Shown one piece after another: positions 1 through 11,192 of a stretch of DNA of 64,000 bases; within the stretch, counting starts at the first letter, position 1; each line of letters starts with the position of its first letter. Location: the NCBI RefSeq assembly GCF_000372725.1, contig NW_005201381.1, forward strand, positions 121,953 to 185,952. Direction: 5' to 3'. A program made the position numbers and the translations under genes. Below the pieces are notes generated by a model. It saw only the letters and a list, made by a program, of their open reading frames with translations. It made no database searches and was not told the origin of the DNA. The stretch comes from Emiliania huxleyi CCMP1516. Taxonomy: Eukaryota.

Positions 1-1561
1 CTCGTCGCGCGAGCTGCAGCGGCTCGAGTCCATCTCGCGCTCGCCCATCTACACCGCCTTCACCGAGGCGCTCAACGGCGCGCCGACGATCGCCGCGATG
101 CGCGTCGCGCCGCGGTTCGAGGAGGCGTCGGTTCGCCGCTTCGACGCAAACACGCGCGCCGCCTGCCACCATGCACGCGCCCTGCAATGAATGGATAACT
201 CACGGCGTGCTCATGGACTCATCAAGGCGCGCCGCCTTCCTCATGTGCCTTCCTCATGTACGCGGAACGATCTCGGAACCTTCTCGGAACCTTCCCCTAG
301 GCGCGCTGCCTTCATCATGTACGCGGCCAATCGGTGGCTGTCGGTGCGGCTCGAGTTCCTGTCCAACCTCCTGCTCGCGCTCACGGCGCTCCTCGCCGTC
401 GCCTCGCACCTCGCAAACGGCGGAGGCGGCAAGGCGTCGGCCGGCCTCGCCGGCCTGGCGCTCTCCTACGCGCCGGGCATGACGGACACGCTCAACAACT
501 TGCTGCGCAACTTCACGTCGCTCGAGACGATGATGGTCGCCGTCGAGCGGCTCTCGCAGTATGCGCAGCTCGAGCCCGAGGAGGCGGCGGCCAGGGCGCC
601 GCCCTCGCCCCCCGCGGCGTGGCCGTCCGAGGGCGCCATCAGCTTCGCGGGCGTGCGGATGGGCTACCGGCCGGGCATGTCCGGGACACGACCACGACAT
701 GTCCGAGACATGTCGCATAGGCGTTCGGATGGGCTACCGGCCGGGACTGCCCGATGTCCTCTCCGACCTCCGCCTCGACATTGCGCCGCGCGAGAAGGTC
801 GGGATCGTCGGCCGCACCGGCGCCGGCAAGTCGTCCATCCTGGTGGCCCTCTTCCGGATGGGCGAGGTGCGCGCAGGCGCCATCCTCCTCGACGGGGTCG
901 ACATCTCGGCGGTGCCGCTGCCGACGCTGCGCTCGCGGCTCGCAATCATCCCTCAGGACCCGGTCCTCTTCACCGGCACGCTGCGCCAGAACCTCGACCC
1001 CTTCTCCGAGGCGAGATATCCCCGAGATCACCCGAGGTCGCCCGAGGTCGCCCGAGGTCGCCCGAGATGGACCGAGGTCGCCCGAGATCGCCCGAGGTCG
1101 CCCGAGGTCGCCCGAGGTCACCCGAGATCGACCCCTTCTCCCAGGCGGCCGACGCGCAGCTGTGGGACGCGCTCGACGCGTGCTCCATCGGTGGCGCGAT
1201 GCGCGAGCACCCCGATGGGCTCGGCAAGCCGATCGACGAGCGCGGCGCCAACCTGTCGATGGGTCAGCGGCAGCTCGTCTGCATGGCGCGGGCGCTGCTC
1301 AAGCGCGCGCGCATTCTCGTCCTCGACGAGGCGACCGCTTCCGTCGACATGGAGACGGACGAGCTGATCCAGCAGACGCTGCGCCGCGAGATGACCGACG
1401 CCACCGTGCTCACCATCGCCCACCGGCTCGACACCATCATGCAGGGCGACCGGGTGGTGGTCATGCACGCGGGGCAGGCGGTCGAGTCGGGCCCGCCGCT
1501 TGAGCTCCGCGACACGCCCGGCTCGCGCTTCGCCGAGCTGTGGAGCGCGCAACAGCAGTGA
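1..1561 (+). CDS. ABC transporter C family (MRP-like), 3' part: end of TMD2 plus NBD2; introns ~154-300, 651-720, 1011-1144
   Basis: Spliced frame reads [42 protein letters not shown], Walker [30 protein letters not shown], signature [17 protein letters not shown], Walker [10 protein letters not shown] and TIAHRL; stop TGA at 1559-1561. Confidence 0.95.
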
Positions 1562-1605
1562 GCGCGCGTGCGGGAGCCCTGGCGGCTGTCGCGGGCGCCA
1601 TGGGC

Positions 1606-1606
<1 letters not shown>

Positions 1607-1647
<41 letters not shown>

Positions 1648-1660
1648 TTAGAGAGAGAGA
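1607..1660. repeat. (GA)n microsatellite
   Basis: Directly visible AG dinucleotide run. Confidence 0.95.
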
Positions 1661-2380
1661 GGAGGCATGGTGCGTCGGCGTCTCTAGCTAGGCCCTCACT
1701 GCCCAGCTGGCGCAGCAAAGCCGTGACTGACCGCGCCTCTTTCATCTCTATCTGCGTATCTGTGAGACTGTGACACTGACACACTGTGTTCAATATCGGT
1801 GTTGGCAAAAGTCGGGCTCGGGGAGACGAACACTCCGAGGGCTCGGCGAGCGAGCGAGCCGAAGTAACAAGTATACACCCAGCACGCAGCAGACGCCAGA
1901 GCGCGCGGCGAGCCCGAGCGTCCTGGGGGGCTGCACACAAGCCGCCGCGCAGCTGCCCACAACACGCCCCCGACGAGCGACGTGCCAACTCGTTCTCCGT
2001 TCTCGCATTCAGTGCCTTCCACGCCCTCTTCTTTGAGAAGCCGCCCTCAGTGCTCAGTGAAAAAAGAAGTTTCACCGGCGGTGTGGGTAAATAAAACGAA
2101 AATACACTCTCCGCTTGGGGGAGAGTCGCAGTCGGGGGTGTGCTGCTGAGTGCTGTGAGCTGCTTGCGCGATTGCGCGTTGCGGTGCGCCTCTCAGAGCC
2201 CCTCTCGTCTGGCTCTGCCCCCCCCCCCAGCTCTGGTGCCACGGAGGTGCCACCACTGGTGTGGAAGTAGACGTAGCAGAGGACAGGAGAGAAAGAGAGG
2301 GAAGAGCTAGAAAGTACGTCTACTCAGGTACTCTGACCATCTCTCGCTGCGACGTATATTACAAGGGCGAGGTGTCAACC

Positions 2381-2433
2381 CACATGCACATGCACATGTG
2401 CATGTGCATGTGCATGTGCATGCACATGCATGT
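2381..2433. repeat. (CACATG)n/(CATGTG)n self-complementary hexamer microsatellite
   Basis: cacatgcacatgcacatgtgcatgtgcatgtg... visible. Confidence 0.85.
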
Positions 2434-2560
2434 GAGAGCGAGCGAGCACCAACCTGCATGCACACATGACATCCAGACTCCACTCACCAGCAGGCACGAG
2501 GCGAAAGCGGACTCGGCTCTCGCGTCTCGTGTCTCTGCAGTTCTCGAGAGCCTCACGAGG

Positions 2561-3446
2561 TCACGCCAGCCAGCCGAGCTCCTGCAGCACCCGCCAGTAC
2601 TGCAGCCCGTAGTGGCAGCCGAGCTCGACCGCGCTGCCGCCCGCAGTCAGGCTGATGTCGCGGCTCGTGACGAGCACCACGCGCGACGGCACGAGCATGC
2701 CACCCGCGGCGTCGCCGCCACCCCGCCGGGGCGGCAGCAGCGTGAGCTCCCACACCAGGGAGAGCGAGTTTGAGGCCGCGGAGGCGGTCTCGTACTCAAG
2801 GGCGGCGTGGCGCCTGCCCAGCAGGCCGCGCTCAAAGGCGAGGTCGTTTGCAAACTGCCCCAGCGACCCACGCCCGAGCTCTGAGGCGGGCGGCGCTCCC
2901 GGCCGCGGCACGAGGATCCGCTGAGTGAGCGAGTCTGGCACGACCGAGACGCCGGCGTCGCCCGGCCCGTACCGCCGCACCGCGTGGCCGTGCAGCGAAG
3001 AGGCGCCAGAACCGGCGATGGCGCGCTGCAGCGGCATCAGCTCGCCTGCGTGGTACTCCAAAGAGCCTCTCACACTCCTCAATGTGCCGGGCACACCCTC
3101 TCCGCACGGTGTGTGGTGGCTCGCCTGCGAGTAGCACGAGCTTCTGCGCATCGCCGAACGCAAACGGGACAGCCTTGTCGCCCGTCGCCTCGTCGACCAG
3201 GGTGCTCTCGTCACAGTAGCCGCAGAGAACCTCGCCCGAGGATATCGTCGCCGAGTCGGCACCGTCGGCGAGGCTGACAAAGAGGCCCTGGCCCGCGCCC
3301 GGCAGCCGCGAGTCCTGCACCGCCAGCGTCACGCCCGGGAGCTCGAGGGGCACCTCGACTGCCGCAGTCGCCCGCACGGCCGCTGGATGACGTGGCGCGC
3401 AAGCACGGAGGAGCAAGGGCTGGTCGAGGAAGGGCAGGAGGATCAT
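2561..3446 (-). CDS. SET-domain-like protein; one GC-AG intron 3067-3124
   Basis: VQDSRLPGAGQGLFV, GEVLCGY, SLGQFANDLA, LVTSRDI and ELGCHYGLQYW correspond to SET motifs; removing the intron joins ORFs 2832-3446 and 2561-3280 in frame (LLAG|SLEY). Confidence 0.7.
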
Positions 3447-3549
3447 AGCCTCTAGAACTCTGTGTCACCAGCACGAGCCCGCCCAGCCGGGGTGCGCACG
3501 TCGGGACACGATCCCGGCGTGAACACGACTAGCTGACGGATCCGCTCCT

Positions 3550-3924
3550 GTGACGGTTAGCCAAAGCGACTCCCAAAGGGTGGCCGCCACCCCCATACCC
3601 TCAGGCACTTGCCTACGCCCTGGCCGCGCATGCCGCGCACGCGCGCGCACGCCCGCGCACGCCGCGCACGCCCGCGCACGCCGCGCACGCACGCGCGCGC
3701 ACGCCGCACTACGCGGCACTGCCCAGGTTCCCTCACGCTCAGATTCCCTCACGCTCAGATTCCCTCACGCTCAGATTCCGTGCAAGGGGGTGCCGAGGTA
3801 TGCCGCAGGCCGGGATGGAGTGAGATATTGCGGGGCAGGGCGTGGGCTAGCGGTAGCGCGTGCGTGAGGGCGCAGGCAAGTGCCCGAGGGTATGGGGGTG
3901 GGCGCCACCCTGGGGCTACCCGTC
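3550..3924. mobile_element. MITE-like element with ~45-60 bp imperfect terminal inverted repeats and internal 17-bp tandem repeats (3729-3778)
   Basis: ccacccccataccctcaggcacttgcctacgccct (~3587-3621) is nearly the reverse complement of agggcgcaggcaagtgcccgagggtatgggggtgg (~3867-3901); (ttccctcacgctcaga)x3 inside. Confidence 0.55.
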
Positions 3925-3990
3925 CGTAGCATTGTCGGCTCAGTGATGGGTGTCCAACAACTGGGACACAAAATAATGTGGGCCTGGCTT

Positions 3991-4367
3991 CTCGCTTAGT
4001 GTGGGTAAACGAAAGTAGCGTATACGCTACTTTTGAACGAAGAAGCAGGTGTTCTTTATTTTTGCTTGGCCGGACGTCATGCCGGAACTTCAAAATAACA
4101 TTGGCTAATCTAATCCTACTCATCACAACTCGCCAGGAACACCCCCACACTATAGGGTCATTATGTAGCCCTGCTTAGAAGGAAAAGGTTTACTGCAAGG
4201 CTCACCGTGTAGTCAGCCTTTCAAACGAACACCTACGAATACTTTAAAGTCTCGACAATCACTAAGCAGAGGCTCCCTTGGGGATGCCTGAGGCCACCCC
4301 AACCACTCACGAAGCCGTACGTGGACAATTTGAAACTTACTTTTTTCGTTTACCCACACTAAGCGAG
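3991..4367. mobile_element. MITE-like element with perfect 24-bp terminal inverted repeats
   Basis: ctcgcttagtgtgggtaaacgaaa (3991-4014) / tttcgtttacccacactaagcgag (4344-4367); AT-richer non-coding interior; partial TIR copy near 2081. Confidence 0.7.
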
Positions 4368-4789
4368 TATAAAAGGTTCTCTTAGGCTCTTTTCCGCGCG
4401 CGCCCCCCGCAAGGCGCGCGATAGCCGATACACACACACACACAATGTTCCGAAGCAAAGTCTCGAGGTTCTCCAAGAGAGAGAGACTCACGTCAATAGC
4501 CCGAGAGACTCAATGCACAATGGGAGGCACCCCTCTTCGCTTGAGTGCAGTGTGAGAGAAGCGGCGCTAGCCGCTACTCAGGAGCGCGCCAGCGGCGCCG
4601 GGGCCTCGTCTCTCTGCGCTACACGCCTTTCAGCTCTTAAGAGCTCCACCACTGCACTGCTGCTCCCCACAGTAGAGCCGAATGTAACTCTGTTACTCTC
4701 TCTCTCTCCCCACGAATATTCCACAAGTGACAAGAGCCTCTCACAAACCATGAGGTGCACACGTCCTATTCCGGGGGGCATCGAGCTCC

Positions 4790-5989
4790 TCAATGTGCCG
4801 GGCACACCCTGCCCGCGCAGCGGTCGGGTGGTGGCCGGTGAGAGTGAGGAGCAATGCTCGTCATGGAGTCGCACATCCTGATGAGCGCCCATCGGATGTC
4901 GGGCTTCAGCGGCAGCCGCCGGTGCACTGGGCGGGAGCTGGCGCCGCCCAGCTGCAGCTGCCTCTCAAAGCTCTCGATGTCGTCATCCGAGCAGTCTCCC
5001 AGCACTTGCGCCTGCTGCTGCTGCTGCTGCTGCGGCGGCGGCAGCGGCTGCTCCTCCGCCACCACCGCCTGCAGCTGCTCCTGTCCGCCCTGCTGCTGCT
5101 CCCCCTCCTCCTCTCCCCGCTGCTGCTGCTGCTCCTGCTTCCGCTGCTGCCGCTGCTTCTTCTTCTTCCGCTTCTTTTGAGCCGCGCCACCAGCTGCGCT
5201 CTCCTCATTGATCCACGCCATCAGGCTGTCGAGGTTCGCGCCGGCGGCCTTGGCTGGGCCGCCGCACTCGCCGCTGCTATCGCTCCCGCTGACGGCGTCG
5301 TCCTGGCAGGGCAGCATCTGCCGCCGCCGCTCCTCGAGCTTCTTCCGCAGCCGCGTCGCCCGGTCGCAGCTACCCTTCTCACAGCAGGAGCACTGGCCGG
5401 GCCAGCCGCCTCCGGGATCGGCGTCGAGCGCGTCGTACAGTGCGATCTGGTTCTTCTTGTGCTCCGGAGGTGGCGGCAGCCTCTTTGCCCCCAGCACGCG
5501 GAAGTTCTCCTCCGTGGCCGCCCTGACGACGCAGTCGTCGTCCACAGGGCACCAGATCAGCTTGGAGTTTAGCCCGAACAGGCGGATTTGGTATGGCACG
5601 CGCTCCTCGCGGTCTTCCCAGTAGGGGTCGTTGTACCACTGCTGCGTGACGACGCCGTTGACCCACTGCTTTGACGCGACTGACGCGATCACCTCGTCCC
5701 CGACCTGGAACCGCAGCTCCGTCTCGCTACTGCTGGCGTCGCGCGCGTCGTCGTCGCAGAGCTTGCGGACCGACGAGGCTGGCACGGTGACGTAATAGTG
5801 AGGGCCGTCTTGCTCTCCGCTCGAAAGGTGGGCGGAGGCGGAGGCTGCTTGCTCTCCGCTCGAAAGGTGGGCGGAGGCGGAGGCTGCTTGCTCTCCGCTC
5901 GAAAGGTGGGCGGAGGCGGCGGCTGCGTCGGCGAGCTGCTCCAGCATGTATGTACAAGCAGCGAACGGCAACTTTGCAGAGACTGTCAT
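4790..5989 (-). CDS. Hypothetical protein with an SH3/Tudor-like 'LRF..GD.V...PYQIRL...P.DDD..VRA' domain, a 39-bp x3 coding repeat and K/Q-rich tracts; 3' end uncertain
   Basis: Long ORF with plausible ATG at 5989; LRFQVGDEVIASV...WVNGVVTQQWY...VPYQIRL...IWCPVDDDCVVRA; ASASAHLSSGEQA repeats at ~5810-5920. Confidence 0.6.
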   Translation of the reverse strand: MTVSAKLPFAACTYMLEQLADAAAASAHLSSGEQAASASAHLSSGEQAASASAHLSSGEQDGPHYYVTVPASSVRKLCDDDARDASSSETELRFQVGDEVIASVASKQWVNGVVTQQWYNDPYWEDREERVPYQIRLFGLNSKLIWCPVDDDCVVRAATEENFRVLGAKRLPPPPEHKKNQIALYDALDADPGGGWPGQCSCCEKGSCDRATRLRKKLEERRRQMLPCQDDAVSGSDSSGECGGPAKAAGANLDSLMAWINEESAAGGAAQKKRKKKKQRQQRKQEQQQQRGEEEGEQQQGGQEQLQAVVAEEQPLPPPQQQQQQQAQVLGDCSDDDIESFERQLQLGGASSRPVHRRLPLKPDIRWALIRMCDSMTSIAPHSHRPPPDRCAGRVCPAH

Positions 5990-7659
5990 GCTCGCGTGCT
6001 GGTGTGGTGCCCTAAAACCGCGTTTTCTTCTGTGACCGAGGAAACTTTTTTGTCGAAAAATCACATCGCAAACCCTGTGACCTCCGGGTAAGTTCGTGAG
6101 AGAGAGAAGCGACATATCATGACATTTGTGTATAATACATGTATACACACTGTGGCCAAAGAAAGAAAGAAAACAGACAAACCAAACGAGGGATAGGGGA
6201 GGAGGACAGGGTCCACACCTGCACGAGCAGGATTTTGGAAGGACGATCAGGGGGACAGGTGGGCTCTCCTGCTCCTGACAAGGGACACGACAGACAGGCT
6301 CGCAGCGCGGTGCACGGTGGAATCCCAACTCCACTGGCGGTCTCATCTCAGTCTAGCGACCTTCCTCCGGCTTCTCACCGGCAGTCTCTCACTACCACGG
6401 GCACACTGACACAGGGGTGGCAGGGGTGGCCAGAAAAAGCGCGCGAATGAGTTGTTTTTCCTACAGAAAGGGCACGACCGCACGACGAGTGTCTCGAGTG
6501 ATTTCGTTTTTCTCGACGTCTTCGCCTGCGGGCCACTGGGCGGCGCGCCGCGCCGCGCGCGGGCCGCGGCCCTCACACACCGTTAATATAAATTGTCCAT
6601 ATGCCGAAAAAAAACCTGTCTGGAGTCTGTACTCTGATGTGTGAGTGTGTGATGTCTGTGCCGTGCGGCGTGCGGCGCCGTGTGTGTTCTGAGCGGTCGA
6701 CATCTGGAGCTAGGCGCGTGTGCGTCTTCCCCCCTCATCCGTGGGTCGCAGACTCTGGGTCAAAAAACTGGGACGAGCGTTTGTGCAAAACTTGTTTGTG
6801 CAAAAAGCCGAAAACTACCAAAAAGAGCTACATACACTGGAATAAAAAAAAAACGCTGTCACGGCCAGCTTGGCACTATCTACTCAAAAAAAGTGACGTA
6901 GAGCACCCACTTTTAAAGCGTTCCGCGCACACACAAGGACCGCATGCGTGCGCCGCCAGCTTCCCAGGGCCATCGCGCGAAAAACGACGGAGGAGATGCA
7001 TCCTAGCTGTCGCCACCGAAGGCGACTCGACGCCGCTGAGACCGGAGATCAAGCTCTGACAAGTCGCACGTCGCTCCTTTGACACCGACGTGACTCACCC
7101 GTGCAGAGAACATCAGTACACGGACTTGACGCGCTCGGTACGACGCCTGCGACCCGTCTTGGGTCAGGTGGCACGACGCTCATCGCGCCTACCAGCGCTG
7201 CCGTGCAGGTTGCCACGACGAGGTCGAGCACGCTTCTATACGCTCGCCCAGCCTTCCTTTCCATCCCATTAGGCAGCCCGGGAACGGTGGCGGTCAGAGG
7301 CAAAGCCTGCGAGGGGTGGTGGAACCACATGTCACGGCCACCGCCGGCTCGACGCGACGATAGCCTCCGGAGGCTGACTTTGAGGCACCATCATCGGACG
7401 ATGTCGACGAGTTGGGTCGCTCTCGCGGTATCCAGGTAGCCCCCCATACTAGTAGCACCAGCCATGGCCTCAGGGAGGCGGGCGAGGGCGCTGGGAGCAA
7501 CACGGACAAAAAACATCTCAAAAGTGGTCAAAAGGTCATTTTATGATACCACCCGTAAAGCCGTATTTGCAACTAGTCCTGGAGGCTTCTCTATAACAAT
7601 TCTGTAGAGACTAGAGTCGGTTGTGCGCACACGAACTCCAACAGCGCAGCACTCTCTGC

Positions 7660-9729
7660 TCACTCAACCGACTGTGGCAAGAGCCCCTCGTTCGAGTAGA
7701 GGGCAGCGATGCCGCGGTGCAGCTCGAGGGCGTGCCGCTGCGCGTGCGACGCCGCGGCGGGCGTGTCCCACACACCGGGGTAGCGCGCGAACAGCGCGCG
7801 CGGCGCCCGCGCCAGCAGCCCGCCGATGGACGCGCCAACCTCGTGCAAGCTCTCTGCGCAGTTGGGGTGGAGCGGGCCGAGGAGAGCGCGCTGGGTGCGC
7901 CAGAGCTCGAGGGCGCTCTCGAGGAGCGCCAGCAGGCTCGGCGCACTCGGCGGCGCGCCGCTCTCCTCGAGCTGCAGCCGGATCGCCGCGAGCAGCTCGC
8001 GCCGGACGCGGGCGACGGCGAGGTGCCGCTCGCCGAGCTCTCGCACCTGTTCACGCAAGAGGTGTGAAGAGACGCTGTTCACAGGTGCCGCTCGCCGAGC
8101 TCTCTCACCTTCGGAAAAAAACGAAAGCAAACTCACGCGGACAACAGAACGGCGTGAAGACGCTGTCCGCTCGCCCGGCCCTCGCGCCAGCTCGCGCAGC
8201 ACCGCCGCGCACGCCGCCTCGTCGACGCCGCCTCCCGGCCCCGCACGCGCCGCGCGTCGCACCGCCTCCCTCGCGCCCGCCTCGAGAGTGAGGGTGAGTT
8301 CGTCCGCCTCGGCCGCGCCCGCCTCGGACGCACTTCGCGGCGGCGCGTCCCACTCGCTGTGCCGCTCCGCCTCGCTCGTAAAGTCGAAGTGGTCGAGGTG
8401 TCTGCTGCACGCCGCGGGGGTGAGCTCGGCAGGCTGCGCGTAGCAGATGAGCACCTCCTGCCCCTGCGGTGTGAATGCGCGGTGTGAATGCACAACGCGT
8501 CGGAGTGTGCCTGCGGGCACTGGCCAACGGCACTCGCAGCACCGCGTGGACGGCGGAAGAAAGGGAGCGACTGGCGCGTGACGCAAGGGAACAGTGCGAG
8601 TGTCTTCGCGGTGCTGAACACAGAGATGTGGATTCGGCGTCTGCCGGGGGGGGGGGGGGGGGAGCCTGAGCGATGTGCCGCGTGGCTCGCACGACGCTCG
8701 TCAGCGTGCCGCCTGAAGACGAAAGGGTCCAATCATATGCTACGCCCCGAGTGTGGGTTCGGGGGGTCTTCGCAGCAGTGAGGTAGGGGATACCGTCAAG
8801 AGTGGTTTCTTTTTCCAGGGGGGTGAGCGTGAACGGTCGTATGTGTCTCTGCGTCGCTCCCTCCGTGCCTTAGTCAACCTCCGCCCTGATGTCGCGTGTG
8901 TCTAGTCGCTGGCCAGACACTCTGTTCCGCCTCTCTGTCTACTCCAGCTTGCCGGCACGCAGCGCGGCCTTGTCGGCGTTGGCGCGTCGCGAGGGCGCGT
9001 GGTTGAAGATGGACTGGTGCAGGAACAGGCCCGAGGCGAACGCGTTCCAGCGGCACACGAGGCAAAGCCGCAGCAGCTCGGCCCGCCTGCCCTCGTCGCC
9101 GAGCCCGCCTACAAAAAGAAAGCGTGTCGCCGCACGCGACGACCGCCGTGAAGTCCTGCCCTCCTGCCCTCGCCGCCGAGGTCGGCCGCGCCCGGCTCCT
9201 GCAGCAGCGCGTCGACGCACGCGCAGTGCTCCTCCTCCAGGCGCGGCCGGTCAAAGGCAGACACGCTGCGCAGCTCCATCGGGTGCAGCCGCGAGAGCGC
9301 GGCCAGGGCGACCCGTCGCTCCACCGCGCTGCGCCGGAGCACGGACTGCAACAGCGAGAGCGGCTCGTGTTCGGCTGACGGCCAGGGCACAAAGGGCTGC
9401 TCCCATATCAGGACTTGGCCGGGCGAGATGTCGCGAGCCGCCACGAAGCCGCGGCCCGACCCCGGGATCTGCCGCACCGCAATCGGGCCGACCACACGCG
9501 GAGGGTGCTCGGGCCACACACAGAGCGCGTCGGCGGTGTTGACGTCGGCGGCAGCGGTCAGCCGGGGCGGGACAACGACCTGATCGCCATTGGCATCCGC
9601 GAATGGCGCGAGAGCGTTGCGCTTGCTACTGGCGGCGGTGGCGGGCACAGCTGGTGCGGGTGCGCATCCGGCTGTGCCGACCGGAGACGTGGGAGGAGGG
9701 TCCCCAAAGATGGACCAGACGTCATCCAT
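7660..9729 (-). CDS. SMYD-like SET-domain protein, multi-exon (introns include 9109-9191 and 8047-8187)
   Basis: IPGSGRGFVAARDISPGQVLIWEQPF, RWNAFASGLFLHQSIFNH, GQEVLICY, RHLDHFDF, and a C-terminal LGPLHPNCAESLHEVG TPR-like segment. Confidence 0.8.
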
Positions 9730-10721
9730 GTGCTCGGCGAGGCGGCGGGGCAGGCGAGCAGATCGAGAAGCGCACGCGGGAAGAGCCCTTGCACCGCGGT
9801 CCGAGGGGCAACGCTGTGAACACCACTCGCAACAGCTCTCGCGCGCCGCCGTCAGTGGCGATGCGCAAAACATCAACAACGCTGCTCGCAACATGCGTGT
9901 CGCGCACTCATTCATGACCGGTCTCAATGCCCCACCCCCCTGCGCGCGGGCCTTCTAAGCCCGCGGGTAGTCCCCCCCCATCCCCAGGGCCTCCAGGGCT
10001 CGCACCTCACAACCTCTCACAGGCCAGCGCACAGCGCCATAGGAGGTATTTTCTTCTCAATAACAAGGCTGTGAACAGGCGAGCGATGATGTGGCGGAGG
10101 CGCTCGCCCTCAACCCGCGGCTGCGGGGCGAGTAAAAAGTAGTGCGCCACTTTGCCGGCTGCCGGCAGGAAGTCTGCTCGCGCCCGGCAGCGAGCGCGAG
10201 GCCGAGGCGGCCGACCAGGCCGTAGTCTCGCTAGACAGAGGGCGTCGCCGCCGGCGTTCCCAGGTAACGGCTAGCCGGGGTCGGTGTGCGGCTGAGCGCT
10301 GAGGGCGGGGGCCGCCGCGGGGCCGCCACCCTTTAAGAAAGAAAGAAAGAAAGCAACCGCTCAGAGTCCAGGGGAAACGACTTCCCGGAAATGACTTCTT
10401 TTCTCTTTGTCCGCTACATCGAAGAAAGTTCACAAGAAAGTTGCCTTCATTCCAGGCCGTAGCCGTGTGCGTGCGTATCTGCATCCGCGATGACGCCGTG
10501 CTCCGCGATGCCGAGCGTCTCACCGTCCAGCAGCGAGGACATCGAGATGACTGACGCTGAAGCAACTTCGGTACACGCCACAGCACGCCGCAGCCATCGC
10601 CAGCCAACACAGGAGCGGAATCGGCGGAGGAGCGTCAGCTTCAAGCAGTTCCCTCTCACAGAGGTGGTTCATCGCGTGCCCAGCTGATTTTAAGGTGATG
10701 AGGAGGACAACCCTTGACAAC

Positions 10722-10795
10722 CCTTAAAATCCCTGTTCCGTCCTCCCATCCCTCCCTTGCGATGTCTGTTTTCTGTCTTTCCTTCTTTCTTTTGT
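10722..10795 (+). mobile_element. 3'-end fragment of LINE family A
   Basis: ccttaaaatccctg...tcctcccatccctcccttgcg...tgttttct matches the 3' end of the copies at 11193, 12932 and others. Confidence 0.6.
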
Positions 10796-11192
10796 GATGA
10801 TGATGTGATGGATGCCCTCTCCTGTGTGTGTGAGTGAGTATATTCTCGACTGTCTGTGATTGTGCGTCGTGGGTTCGGGGTTGCTCTTTTTGTGTGAGTG
10901 AGTAAGAAAGAAATAAAAGAAAACAGACCAACCCAAACGAGGGATGGGGGAGGAGGACAGTGAGTATATTCCTCTCCCGGTGTTCGAGTTCAACTGGCTC
11001 AACTCCCCTGAGCGTGCCAACTGGGTCAACGACGTCAAGAACAAGCAAGCGGCAGACGTCCTCTTACCCTCGGCCCCAGTGGAGGGCGCCCGTACCGCCT
11101 AGCTCCGCGGACGGGCCCCTCCACCCTTCACGTATACGGATCATGTAGTCCCCACAATCGCTGTCGTGGGGTCGCTTGTCATGTGAGAGAGG

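Noticed and set aside
640..1150. Apparent frameshifts in the ABC transporter suggesting a pseudogene
   Set aside because: GC-AG introns at 651-720 and 1011-1144 restore the frame and all NBD motifs.
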